Positions 1 to 10,208 of a stretch of 64,000 bases of DNA are shown here, piece after piece (the first letter of the stretch is position 1; each line of letters begins with the position of its first letter). Both the position numbers and the translations under genes were made by a program. Below the pieces are notes generated by a model. The model saw only the letters and a list, made by a program, of their open reading frames with translations. It was not told where the DNA came from and ran no database searches. The stretch is from Alphaproteobacteria bacterium (lineage in GTDB: Bacteria > Pseudomonadota > Alphaproteobacteria > MPNO01), in NCBI GenBank assembly GCA_965248835.1, contig CBDFLJ010000001.1:224001-288000 (forward strand), read 5' to 3'.

Positions 1-373
1 CGGTCTCCCGGGCCATCGAGCGGAGCGACCAATGGGTCGCATCCGCCGGCGTCGCGTTGAGCGTCCGTTCAATGACCTGTGCCACTTGATCATCCTCGAT
101 GGTCCGCGGCCGCCCCGGCCGAGGCTCATCCGACAGTCCGTCGATGCGGTCCTTCAGGAAGCGGCGGCGCCACTTGCCGACCGTGTGCTCGTGCACGCCG
201 AGCTCGGCAGCGACCGCCTTGTTGGTCAGACCAGCCGCGCAACGCAGGATCATGCGGCAGCGGTCCGACACCGCGCGCGCGATCTGGCGACGGCGGAGCT
301 GACGCTCGAGATACGACCGTTCTGCATCGCTCAGAACCAAAGCCGCAACCGGCCGGCCAACGCCACGCACCAT
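1..373 (-). CDS. IS630-family transposase, N-terminal part (runs off window start)
   Basis: Minus-strand translation by hand: MVRGVGRPVAALVLSDAERSYLERQLRR...VAAELGVHEHTVGKWRRRF...PRPGRPRTI...ATHWSLRSMARE, a typical IS630 HTH. GGAGG RBS upstream; element end abuts CTAG at 441-444. Confidence 0.85.
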   Translation of the reverse strand, partial: MVRGVGRPVAALVLSDAERSYLERQLRRRQIARAVSDRCRMILRCAAGLTNKAVAAELGVHEHTVGKWRRRFLKDRIDGLSDEPRPGRPRTIEDDQVAQVIERTLNATPADATHWSLRSMARET

Positions 374-442
374 CGCAAACACCTCCAAAGCCCAACGACG
401 ATGGCCATCATATAGTGCAATTTACTTCAGTTCCAGGTGACT

Positions 443-1281
443 AGGCTCCAGACTCATAACCAACAAATGACGATGGCGGCGATGGTGACGGCGGCGGTGT
501 AGGTCAGGGCGAGTTTGTCGTATCGGGTGGCGATCCGGCGCCAGTCCTTGAGTCGGGCGAAGGCACGTTCGATGACGTTGCGCAGACGGTAGGCCTGACG
601 GTCGAACGGGTGATGCCGTTTGCGGGTCGGATTGTTGGGGATGACCGGGATGGTGCCCCGGTCGAGAAGCAGGTCGCGGAGCGCGTCGCTGTCGTAGGCG
701 GTATCGGCGATACACAGGCCGGGCGCCATCGCTCCGATCAGGCGCGCCGCCATCGGTGCGTCGCCGCGATGGCCCGCCCCGACGATCAGCCGTCGCGCCC
801 GGCCGTGCTCGTCGACGGCGGCATGGATCTTGGTCGTGCGCCCACCCCGCGAGCGGCCGATCGCCTGGATCTCGGCCCCCCTTTTCCGCCTGCTGCCGAA
901 CGGTGTGCCTTGACATGGGTCGAATCCAGCATCACCGCCGCTGGCGGTCCACCAGCCTCCGCCAACCGCACGAAGACGCCCTGCCATACACCCTTGCGCG
1001 CCCAGCGGACAAAGCGGTTGTACAGCGTCTTGTGAGGGCCGTATTCCGCCGGCGCATCCCTCCACCGGCAGCCCGATTGAAGAACATGGATGATCCCCGA
1101 TATCACCCGCCGGTCGTCAACCCGCGGCACGCCGCGCGTGTCCGTCGGCAACAACGGCGCCAGACGTCCAAACTGCTCATCGCTCAGCCAAAAGCTCTCC
1201 GACATCCTCAAGCTCCCATGGTTTGGAAGCTTGAATCAGATCCAAACAGAATCATAAAGCGCTTTTATGGGTCCAGAGCCT
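443..1281 (-). mobile_element. IS5-family IS (split orfA 786..1205 / orfB 454..~880, frameshift type)
   Basis: TIRs AGGCTCCAGACTCATAA / AGGCTCTGGACCCATAA; CTAG at both flanks (441-444, 1280-1283). orfA has DDRRVISGI...GCRWRDAP..YGP; orfB has GRSRGGRTTKIH...DTAYD...RNVIERAF..LKDWRRIATRYDK. Slippery AAAAGGGGGG at 876-885. Confidence 0.9.
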
Positions 1282-1401
1282 AGAGCACTTTGATGTCCGT
1301 TCCGGAAAACCGAGCCGTCGTTGGGAGGGCCGATGTAATAAATAGAAGGGACAGGCGAGCCGGTTTGGCATTCACCCAACGATGATCCATCAATGGAAGA
1401 T

Positions 1402-1566
1402 AGCAGATCTTCGACCTATCTCAGCGACAACGAGTAGCGGACATACATCATCACCGCGAGGCGGATGACCTCGGGCGAACCGTTGAAATAACGGAAGGGA
1501 TTTCGCATCTGGCAAAACTATGGATGCCCCATCTGCCCATCAATCCATTTTTGCCTGACAACGCCC
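1402..1566 (-). pseudogene. IS6-family left end and transposase 5' remnant
   Basis: Near-identical reverse complement of the IS6 start at 33282-33450 (MRNPF.YFN.SPEVIRLAVMMYVRY). Confidence 0.8.
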
Positions 1567-1667
1567 TGTTGCGGCCATCAGGTCTGCTGATCGCGGGTAC
1601 TCCGCTACACCTGACAAACCCGCAGGCTGAACAAAGCGCCGACAACTGTACCTAGGCAGCTACCATC

Positions 1668-2987
1668 TCAGTTCATCAATCTCGGAAAGGTCAGCGTGAG
1701 TGCCGGGAACAACACCAGCAGCGCAACCCGCACGGCATCCGAGAGCAAGAACGGGATCACCCCCTTGAACGTCTGCGTCATCGGGACGTCTTTGGCAAAC
1801 GAGTTGATGATGAAGACATTGAGCCCGACCGGCGGCGTGATCAGACCGATCTCGACCACGATCAGGGCAATGATGCCAAACCAGATCTTGGTGTCCTCGC
1901 CGTCGAGCCCGAAGTCGAGGCCGGCGATGATCGGCCACAGCACCGGGACCGTGAGCAGGATCATCGCAAGGCTGTCCATGATACAGCCGAGTGCGATGAA
2001 GAAGACCAAGACCACCGCGAGCACCATCATCGGGCTGAGGCCGCTTTCGCCGATGACCTCTGCCAGGATCAGCGGCATCCGGGTAAAGCCGAGGAACGCA
2101 TTGAAGAATTCCGAGCCCAGTAGGACCATGAAGATCGCAGCAGTGGGAACCGCGGTCCCCACCAGGCACTCGAGGAAATCGTTTAGGCCCATCCGCGCCT
2201 TGGTGAAGGCGATCAGGCCAGTACCGAACGCACCCACCGCCGCGCCTTCGGTCGGGGTAAAGATGCCGACATAGATTCCGCCGATAACCAGGATAAAGAT
2301 CAGCAGCACCGGCCATACGTCGAACAGACCCCGCCACTGTTCTCGCCGGCTCGCGCGATCGCCGACCGGTCCGGCGTCGGGACGCAACCGCACATAGATG
2401 CTGATCGCGATCATGTAGCCGAGCGCCGCCAGGATCCCCGGAATCATCGCGGCCTGGAACAGGGTGATGATGTTGGCTTCGGTGATGATGGCGTAGAGGA
2501 CGAGCACGATCGAGGGCGGGATCAGGATCCCGAGCGTACCGCCCGCAGCTAGCGTCCCCGTCGCAAGCGCGCCCGAATAGCGGTAGCGGCGGAGCTCGGG
2601 CAGCGCGACTCGCGCCATGGTGACGGCGGTTGCGATCGACGACCCACAGATGGCGCCGAAGCCGGCGCAGGCACCGACCGTCGCCATCGCGACGCCGCCC
2701 TGCCGGTGGCCGAGCCACAAATTGGCCGCCCGGAACAAGGCAGCGTTGAGTCCCGCCTTGGTCGCAAACTGGCTCATCAACATAAACAGTGGCACCACCG
2801 AAAGGTCGTAGACGTGGTACGTCCAAAACGGCGCGGTCTTGAGATAATTGAGAAGCGGGCCGGTCCCGTTTATCAGCGAATATCCGGTGAGCCCCACCAC
2901 CATCAACCCGACGGCAATAGGGATACGTAACGCCAACAGGATCAGCAGGACGACGAATCCGGCCGCCCCCATCTCCGGACCGGTCAT
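1668..2987 (-). CDS. dctM: TRAP transporter large permease
   Basis: Highly hydrophobic; GTLAAGGTLGILIPPS, GIFTPTEG and EIGLITPPVGLN motifs. ATG 2987 overlaps the dctQ stop (ATGA). Confidence 0.93.
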   Translation of the reverse strand: MTGPEMGAAGFVVLLILLALRIPIAVGLMVVGLTGYSLINGTGPLLNYLKTAPFWTYHVYDLSVVPLFMLMSQFATKAGLNAALFRAANLWLGHRQGGVAMATVGACAGFGAICGSSIATAVTMARVALPELRRYRYSGALATGTLAAGGTLGILIPPSIVLVLYAIITEANIITLFQAAMIPGILAALGYMIAISIYVRLRPDAGPVGDRASRREQWRGLFDVWPVLLIFILVIGGIYVGIFTPTEGAAVGAFGTGLIAFTKARMGLNDFLECLVGTAVPTAAIFMVLLGSEFFNAFLGFTRMPLILAEVIGESGLSPMMVLAVVLVFFIALGCIMDSLAMILLTVPVLWPIIAGLDFGLDGEDTKIWFGIIALIVVEIGLITPPVGLNVFIINSFAKDVPMTQTFKGVIPFLLSDAVRVALLVLFPALTLTFPRLMN

Positions 2988-3502
2988 CGAACCGCCGCCT
3001 TGAAGTCGCGCCAAAACACATAGCCGCTCACGACGACCAACAGCGCAAGCGACAGGAGAATCGGTGGGAACGCCGACCAAATCGGCAGGCTAAGGACCAT
3101 CGACTTATCGGCGGAGGCGCGCAGGTCGATGCCACCGAGCGTCATGCGCCAAAGCAATACCGCAGCAATTAACCCGAACGCCAAGCCCCCAAGAGCGTCC
3201 ATCGCCGACCTCACGCGTTCGGGGGCCCTTGCGAGCACGAAATCGACGATGAAGTTCCCCTTGACCAACTGACAATAGGGCAGGAAGGCGACCACTGCGA
3301 TCGCGGTGCCCATCTTAATCAGCTCGAAGTCACCGGGGATCGGCGGGCCGACTAGGGCACGAAGCGAGATACTCACGGTCTCCATGATGGTCATCGCGAC
3401 CAGGATCGCCCCGCCGCCTAGCGCGAACGCGCGGGCCAGCACCTCAAGCCAACGGCCAAGCGGGCCGTCGATCGACGGCCCGCTTGAACCGGGTTCAGCC
3501 AT
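2984..3502 (-). CDS. dctQ: TRAP transporter small permease
   Basis: About four TM segments, PIPGDFEL motif, lies between dctP and dctM. Confidence 0.88.
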   Translation of the reverse strand: MAEPGSSGPSIDGPLGRWLEVLARAFALGGGAILVAMTIMETVSISLRALVGPPIPGDFELIKMGTAIAVVAFLPYCQLVKGNFIVDFVLARAPERVRSAMDALGGLAFGLIAAVLLWRMTLGGIDLRASADKSMVLSLPIWSAFPPILLSLALLVVVSGYVFWRDFKAAVR

Positions 3503-3514
3503 AGGTCGCGACGG

Positions 3515-4549
3515 CTACTTCGCGTGTTTGGCCAGCAAGGCGCGCGCGTCGGAGAGTACCTTGGCGCCATCGATGCCGCGGCTCTTGACCAGGACGAGCC
3601 ACCGATCGATGGCGGCTTTCGATGCCTTGCGGATCCGATCGGTCTCCGCGGCGGACAGGAAGATGAATTCATTGCCACGCTTCTTGGCGGCAGTGATGCC
3701 CGGCTGCTCCGCCTTGTCCCACACCTCGGCGGCGATCGGGGCAAGTGCGCGGCCCGTCGAATCGTCCAGCACCTTCCTCAGGTCGGCCGACAGTTTCTCG
3801 TAGCTCTTCTTGTGCATGCCTAAGAAGAACACTGCGGTCTGCACGCGAGCGTTACCCGGAATGTCGATCGAGAATTTGGTCATCTCGTGCATCTTGAACG
3901 GCCAAATGATCTCGTACGGCACCAGCGCCCCATCAATCACACCGCGTGACAGAAGCGGTGTCACCTCGCCGATCGGTGTACCGACCGCCGTCGCGCCGAT
4001 GGCCTCGATAAACCAGGATCCGCCACGATGCGGTGTGCGGATCTTCATGCCTTTGAAATCCTCGAGCCGCCGCACCGGCTTGTTGCGCATGATGAACACG
4101 TTGCCGGCATGCACGTGGAGCAGCAAGATCTTGTAGTCCTTGAATTCCTTCTTGAGGTGCATCTCCTGGAAGTCTTGGAGCGCCATGTTGGTGGCATAGG
4201 TCGTCGTGTGAACGAACGGGAGGTGGAACACCTCGAGCCTCGGAAAGCGACCCGGTGTGTAGCCCGGAAGCGTCCACACCATGTCGACGACACCGTCGCG
4301 GACCTGGTCGATCAGCTGCGGCGGCTTGCCGCCAAGCTGCATCGACGGATAGACGTCGATCTTCAGTCGCTTGCCGGACTGCTCGTGGACTCGCTTGGTC
4401 CACGGCCCGATGAAAAGCCGGTGCATCGCCGAGACAGGCGGCGAGAGATGGTGGAGCCGCATCGTGTATTCCGCAGCGCGCGCGGTGTCGGTCGGACTGA
4501 CGGCGGCCAGCGCACCCAGAACGGCGAGAATACCGAGAGCTCTTGTCAT
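3515..4549 (-). CDS. dctP: TRAP transporter substrate-binding protein
   Basis: Signal peptide MTRALGILAVLGALAAV; YPSMQLGG..LIDQVRDGVVD..WTLPGYTPGRFP; DFKGMKIR. GGAGGAG RBS before ATG 4549. Confidence 0.92.
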   Translation of the reverse strand: MTRALGILAVLGALAAVSPTDTARAAEYTMRLHHLSPPVSAMHRLFIGPWTKRVHEQSGKRLKIDVYPSMQLGGKPPQLIDQVRDGVVDMVWTLPGYTPGRFPRLEVFHLPFVHTTTYATNMALQDFQEMHLKKEFKDYKILLLHVHAGNVFIMRNKPVRRLEDFKGMKIRTPHRGGSWFIEAIGATAVGTPIGEVTPLLSRGVIDGALVPYEIIWPFKMHEMTKFSIDIPGNARVQTAVFFLGMHKKSYEKLSADLRKVLDDSTGRALAPIAAEVWDKAEQPGITAAKKRGNEFIFLSAAETDRIRKASKAAIDRWLVLVKSRGIDGAKVLSDARALLAKHAK

Positions 4550-4631
4550 GACGGTCTCCTCCGGTAACGATGTTCGGAATGATGATATGGGATGGCACGT
4601 TTGAGTCAAGGTCGGCTGCCGGGGTAGCTCA

Positions 4632-6467
4632 ATGACCGGCGGCCCAGACGCCCTGGATCCATTCACGTTTCAGATTATCCGCCACCGCCTGTTTCGGATC
4701 GTCGACGAGGCGGTGATCACGCTCAAACAGGTGTCGGGAAGCGCCACCACCAACGAGGGCCACGACCTGATGGTCTCGCTCTACCGCGTCGATGGCGGTC
4801 TGTTGATGGGGGGCGTCGGTTTCTTGCACCACATCACGAGCGCCGCCGCGGCATGCAAAGCGATCATTCGCCGCTTCGCAGGCGACATCAACGCAGGCGA
4901 CGTCTACTTGCTGAACGACCCCTACACCGCCGCCCTGCACACCTCGGATGTTTATCTGATTGCGCCGATACATTTCGGCGAACGGTTGGTCGCGTGGTGC
5001 GCTTGCTTCGTCCATGTCAACGATATCGGCGCGCTCAATCCGGGCGGGTTCAGCCCGGATTCGCGTGACATCTTTACGGAAGGCTTCTCCTCGCCCGGCC
5101 TCAAGCTCGTCGACCGGGGTGAGCTCCGCCACGACGTGCTCGACACCCTGCTCAACATGGTTCGTGCGCCCGACATGGTCGCGCTCGACATCCGCTCGAT
5201 GATCGCGTGCAACAACGTGGCACGCGATCGCATGCTGGCGCTGATGGGGAAATACGGCGACGAGGCGGTGGACGCGGTCGGGGGCGCGCTCATCGATCAG
5301 TCCGAGCGCATGATCCGAGCACGCCTTGCCGAACTGCCCGACGGTCAATGGCAGGCGCGTCAGTATATCGATGTGAACGGCGAGACTCACCGCGCCGTAC
5401 TGACGATGACCAAGACGGCCGACCGGTTGGTGTTCGACTTCACCGGGTCCAGCCCCCAGTCGGCCTACGGGATCAACTGTACCTACTGGGCGACATGGGG
5501 CGGGCTGATGGCACCGCTCTATCCCCTGCTCTGCTTCGATATCACGTGGAACGAAGGAGTGATCCGGCCCATCGAGCTGATTGCGCCCATCGGCACCATC
5601 GTCCACTGCACCCGTCCGGCGCCGGTCTCGATCGCGACGGTGGGTGCCATCGAGGCGGTCAATAACGTCTCGCTCACCTGTATCTCGAAGATGATGTCGG
5701 CCAGCGAAACCTATGCCGAGGAGTCGACCGCGGTCTGGCACGGCAGCCATATGACCAACTACCTGTTCGGGCGCAACCAGCGGGGCGTCCACACCATCGG
5801 CTCGACCACAGAAGCGCTCGGCGGGGCCGGCGGTGCGCGTTTCGGCGCCGACGGCGTCGATGTCGGCGGCGAAATCCCCAACCCGATCTCACGGATGGCC
5901 AACGTCGAGACCAACGAGGCGCGCTACGCCATTCGCTATCTGTTTCGGCGGCGGATGAAAGATTCGGGCGGGCCGGGCCGCTTCCGCGGTGGGACCGGCG
6001 GCGAATACGCGATCGTTCCGCATGACGCGCCGGATGGCGAAATCGGCTTCGTGCTGTCCGCAAAGGGGATTGACTACCCGATGGGCCAGGGCATCAACGG
6101 TGGCTATCCGGGTGGTCCGGGCCAAGTCGTGCTGGTTGAAGGTGACGGTGCCGCCACGCCCGCCGCGCCCCTTCGACTCGACGACATCGACGGGACAAAG
6201 CGGCGAATTTCTTGGGGCGTCTTCCGGATGACCAATAACGACACGCTCTATATACGGTGGAACGGCGCCGGCGGCTACGGCGACCCATTGGACCGGGATC
6301 CCAACAGGGTGAAGGGCGATATCGACATCGGGGTCGTGTCGAGGCGATCGGCGCGCCACATATACGGCGTTGTTATCGACGAGACCGGTGCGGCGGATCG
6401 CGCAGTGACTGAGCGACTGAGATCCGACATGCGCGCGCGGCGACTTTCGAGCGAGGCAACGAAATGA
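4632..6467 (+). CDS. Hydantoinase B/oxoprolinase-family protein (acetone/acetophenone carboxylase-like large subunit)
   Basis: DPFTFQII.HRL, GDVYLLNDPY...HTSD, H..DIG..PG, DSGGPGRFRGG and GAGGYGDPLDR motifs. Confidence 0.9.
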   Translation: MTGGPDALDPFTFQIIRHRLFRIVDEAVITLKQVSGSATTNEGHDLMVSLYRVDGGLLMGGVGFLHHITSAAAACKAIIRRFAGDINAGDVYLLNDPYTAALHTSDVYLIAPIHFGERLVAWCACFVHVNDIGALNPGGFSPDSRDIFTEGFSSPGLKLVDRGELRHDVLDTLLNMVRAPDMVALDIRSMIACNNVARDRMLALMGKYGDEAVDAVGGALIDQSERMIRARLAELPDGQWQARQYIDVNGETHRAVLTMTKTADRLVFDFTGSSPQSAYGINCTYWATWGGLMAPLYPLLCFDITWNEGVIRPIELIAPIGTIVHCTRPAPVSIATVGAIEAVNNVSLTCISKMMSASETYAEESTAVWHGSHMTNYLFGRNQRGVHTIGSTTEALGGAGGARFGADGVDVGGEIPNPISRMANVETNEARYAIRYLFRRRMKDSGGPGRFRGGTGGEYAIVPHDAPDGEIGFVLSAKGIDYPMGQGINGGYPGGPGQVVLVEGDGAATPAAPLRLDDIDGTKRRISWGVFRMTNNDTLYIRWNGAGGYGDPLDRDPNRVKGDIDIGVVSRRSARHIYGVVIDETGAADRAVTERLRSDMRARRLSSEATK

Positions 6468-6742
6468 CCCGCCTATTGTCGCAGTCGCTTATCGTCGACG
6501 AGTTTAAGGACGGCACGATGGTCGGTTGCCGCGCATGTCGTCATACGCTGGTCAGGGTGCAGGAACCATGGAAGCCGCACGCGGTCATGCGCGAGCGTCG
6601 GTTTCGCGACATCGATCCGATCTATACAACCAACCACGAGCTGCTGTTGCGCGAGTTCTTCTGTCCTGGATGCGGTGCCCTTCTCGACACCGAAGTCGCG
6701 CTCCCCGGCGATCCATTCCTCGACGACAAACTTACAGTCTAG
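6464..6742 (+). CDS. Acetone carboxylase gamma-subunit-like zinc-binding protein
   Basis: CRAC..H and REFFCPGCGALLDTE. ATGA overlap with the upstream gene; its stop TAG coincides with the IS630 CTAG. Confidence 0.8.
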   Translation: MTRLLSQSLIVDEFKDGTMVGCRACRHTLVRVQEPWKPHAVMRERRFRDIDPIYTTNHELLLREFFCPGCGALLDTEVALPGDPFLDDKLTV

Positions 6743-7880
6743 TGGATGGAATCTAACTCTTGATGCCCGCGTTTGACGGCGGAGATGATTTTGTCCGGGT
6801 CCGCGGTCCAGCGAAATGGCTTGGCCTCGCTGGCGTTATGCTCGGCGACGAAACGGTTGATGGCGGCTTGAAGGTCAACGACGGAGTGGAAGACGCCGCG
6901 TTTGAGCCGGCGCTTGGCGAGTTTTGCGAAGAAGCCTTCCACGGCGTTGAGCCAGGAACAGGAAGTCGGTGTGAAGTGAAAGGTCCAGCGCGGATGACGG
7001 TCGAGCCAGCGTCGGACCTTGGGGTGCTTGTGGACGGCGTAGTTGTCGAGAATGGCATGGATGACCGTGCCGGCGGGCGTTCCGGCCTCGACCGTGTTGA
7101 GGAAGCGGATGAATTCTTGATGGCGATGACGCTGCATGTTGCGGCCGATGACCGTGCCGTCGAGGACGTTCAGGGCGGCGAACAGCGTGGTCGTGCCATG
7201 CCGCTTGTAATCGTGGGTCATCGTTCCGGCGCGGCCCTTCTTTAGCGGCAGGCCGGGCTGCGTGCGATCGAGGGCCTGGATCTGGCTCTTTTCGTCGACA
7301 CTGAGCACGATGGCATGGGCGGGCGGGTCGACATAGAGCCCGACAACGTCGCGCAGCTTGTCGGCGAAGTTGGCGTCTTTGGAGAGCTTGAACTGGCGCA
7401 CCCGATGAGGCTGGAGCCCGTGGGCGCGCCAAATGCGTTGCACGGAAGAGACGGAAACGCCGAGCTTCCCGGCCATCATGGCGGCCGTCCAGTGGGTCGC
7501 CTCGGCGGGCGGATCGGTCAGGGTCAGATCGACGATGCGCAAGGCGACACCGGGTTCGAGCGGCGGAATACGCGAAGGCCGGGTCTTGTCCCGCAGCAGG
7601 CCATCGACGCCCTCGGCCATGAACCGTTCCTGCCACCGCCAGACGCAAGGCTTCGACTTCCCGGTCCGGCGCATGATCTCGACCGTCCCCGCGCCGGCAG
7701 CCGTGGCCAAAATGATCCCGGCCCGCCAGACATGCTTCTGCGGGCTGTTCCTGTCCGCCACGACCGCTTCCAGACGAGCACGGTCGGCGACGCAAACCTC
7801 GAAGGTAATCCCTGTGCGCATGCCCGCAGACTCGCACATACGCTCGGACAAGGGAATCGTCTGTTAGATTTTATCCACTA
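6740..7880 (-). mobile_element. IS630-family IS with intact transposase (CDS 6739..7821)
   Basis: TIRs TAGTGGATGGAATCTAAC / TAGTGGATAAAATCTAAC; DDE motifs VDEKSQIQ, LDNY..H, SWLNAVE; CTAG flanks at 6739-6742 and 7878-7881. Confidence 0.95.
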
Positions 7881-8929
7881 GAGCATTTTCTGAGCTTTGG
7901 GAATCGAGAGGGATTCCCCGGAGGGTGGATATGTGATTCAAGATGTGATTCAAGATGCGTGCTGGAGAAGGAGGCCGGCGTGCATGGCGAAATCTCTTTC
8001 CAAGGATCTTCGAGAGCGGCTTGTCGCGGCGGTTGAAGGCGGGATGACACGGCGCTCGGCGGCGCAACGCTTCGGAGTGGCGGCTTCGACGGCGATCAAA
8101 TGGGTCGATCGGTGGCGACGGACCGGCGATGTCGGGCCGCGGCCGCGGGGCGGCGATCACCGCTCGCACCGGATCGAGGCCCATGGCGAGGAGATCCTGG
8201 CCCTGATCGAGGAGACGCCGGACATCACCTTGGCGGAGCTGGCCGAGCATCTCGCCGCGGCCCATGGTGTGGTGTGGTGTTCGCGCAGAGCACGATCTGG
8301 CGCCTGCTCGAGCGTCGCGGGATGACGTTCAAAAAAAACCGCGCACGCCAGCGAGCAGCAGCGCCCTGAGGTTGTGCGACGGCGCCACGCCTGGTTCGAG
8401 ACCCAGCCTGATCTGGATCCCGAGCGACTGGTCTTCATCGACGAAACCGGCGCCTCGACCAAAATGGCGCGGCGAGCGGTGCCGTGCCCCGGTGCCCCAT
8501 GGTCATTGGAAGACCACCACCTTCGTCGGCGCGCTTCGGCTGCACGGCATGACCGCGCCCATGGTGCTCGACGGCGCCATGAACGGCGTGGCCTTCCTGG
8601 CCTATGTGCAGCACGTGCTGGTGCCAACACTGGCCCCCGGTGACATCGTCGTGATGGACAACTTGCCCGCGCATAAGCCCGTCGCCGTGCGGCATGCCAT
8701 CGAGGGCGCCGGCGCGGAGATGCGTTTCCTGCCGCCCTACAGCCCCGACTTCAATCCGATCGAGATGGCTTTCTCCAAGCTCAAGGCCTTCCTCGAAAAG
8801 GTCGCCGCAAGAACCGTCGACGACCTCTGGGATGCTATCGCCAATGGCATCGATAGCTTCACGCCAACCGAATGCCAAAACGACTTCGCTGCAGCCGGAT
8901 ATGACCGCGAATGATCGAAATATGCTCTA
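7879..8929 (+). mobile_element. IS630-family IS (split orfA/orfB type), degenerate
   Basis: TIRs TAGAGCATTTTC / TAGAGCATATTTC; orfA MAKSLSKDLRER; A8 slip site at 8331-8338; [25 protein letters not shown]. An extra GGTGT unit (8266-8280) and a deletion near 8470 shift the frame. Confidence 0.88.
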
Positions 8930-9234
8930 GCCGCCTACCTACCTCTCTCCCTTCATTGCTGAGGGATTCACGTAAGTCCAAGCGGAGGATTGTGGATGAA
9001 TCGATTGTCCAGTGGCCGTTGTAGGATAAGGTCTGCGCGACCGTGAAGCGTAACTCCCTCAGCGCGTTGCGGGGAAGGGGAATCGTGGGGCACGCCCGCC
9101 TAATAATGGCAAGGAACATCACCTTGGGCACGTAGCTTCACAATTCCGGTAACTGCCCAGGTTGTCTCGTAAGAGAAAGGTGTTGACGCGAATCGGTGCG
9201 CTATAAGTCAGCCGATGTGTGAGTGCTCCTGAGC

Positions 9235-9681
9235 GTAAGCGTCCGGTCTTGCCGCCCTTGTGAGGGGTCCGTCCGAAGCCGCAGTCTCTCGTGATGTTGT
9301 GGAGTCGATAGTGTCCACTATCGGCTAGTGGACACTATCGGAGGAGGAGTTGCGGTGGGGCGCCGGACACGCCGGTTCTGGTCGGACGAGGAGAAGCGCC
9401 GGATTGTGGCGCAGAGCTATGCTCCCGGCGTGTCGGTGTCCCAGGTTGCGCGTCGTTACAACGTGAACACCAACCTCATCTTCACGTCGCGCCGCGATCC
9501 TCGCTACCAGCCGGAGACCGTCGCCGATGCTGTACCTTCCTTATCTCCCGGTGGAGGTGATGCCGGAGCCGACTCCGCCGCCGCGTGCGGCATCGGACAG
9601 GCGGATCGAGATCGCGTTGTCGAGCGGCCATCGGATGAGCGCGTTGCGCACCGCGTGGGGGCGCATGCAATAGAGGTGTGA
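9235..9681 (+). pseudogene. IS66-family left end and tnpA remnant
   Basis: GTAAGCGTCC terminus at 9235; RRFWSDEEKRRIVAQS.APGVSVSQVARRY HTH; degenerate 3' end with no tnpB/tnpC following. Confidence 0.75.
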
Positions 9682-9725
9682 GGGACCGTCCAATTGTCTC
9701 TCCGCCGACGATGCGCAGCTGAGTT

Positions 9726-10190
9726 CTAAAGCGGCAGGTGCGAGCCAGACACAAGGAGTGTCGTCGTCAGAGCGACGTTGCGCCGCATGAACAGCGGACG
9801 TGCGCCCGAGATGTCGATCCGGTCTTCGTAGTAGCCGGTGGCGTAAAATCGCGATTCGCCTTCGAGCGTCGTATGCATGACGATCACCGAGGTGACCGTA
9901 TCGGCTTCCTCCGCTTTCTTGTCGACGTCGAGACGATAGACGCTAGCGTGTCGGTGGAACCTGCCGAGGTTGGTAAAATGATCCCCGACCGACAGACACA
10001 TTTGGAGGAGAGGTTGGCGTTCGTGATCGAACCAGGTCATGTGCTGGTCGATCTCTTCGCTGTAGGCCGTTATGCTGTAGCGGAACATGGGTACGCATAG
10101 ATCGTTGAGCCATCCCGCGTAGTCGTCAGCATTCATCTGCAGGCAAGCGGCATATATTAAGTTTTCGATATCCTTGTTCGTGATCGCCAT
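9726..10190 (-). CDS. Rieske oxygenase beta subunit, MsmB-like (copy 1)
   Basis: NTF2-like small subunit; LIY..C, FRYSITAYSEEI...MTW.DH, RH.SVY and C-terminal H.PL resemble methanesulfonate monooxygenase beta (from recall). Confidence 0.8.
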   Translation of the reverse strand: MAITNKDIENLIYAACLQMNADDYAGWLNDLCVPMFRYSITAYSEEIDQHMTWFDHERQPLLQMCLSVGDHFTNLGRFHRHASVYRLDVDKKAEEADTVTSVIVMHTTLEGESRFYATGYYEDRIDISGARPLFMRRNVALTTTLLVSGSHLPL

Positions 10191-10208
10191 CGGGTACTCG
10201 GACCGCCC

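Noticed and set aside
9183-9207. TTGACG...TATAAG promoter
   Set aside because: Spacer is only 13 nt and no host gene follows.
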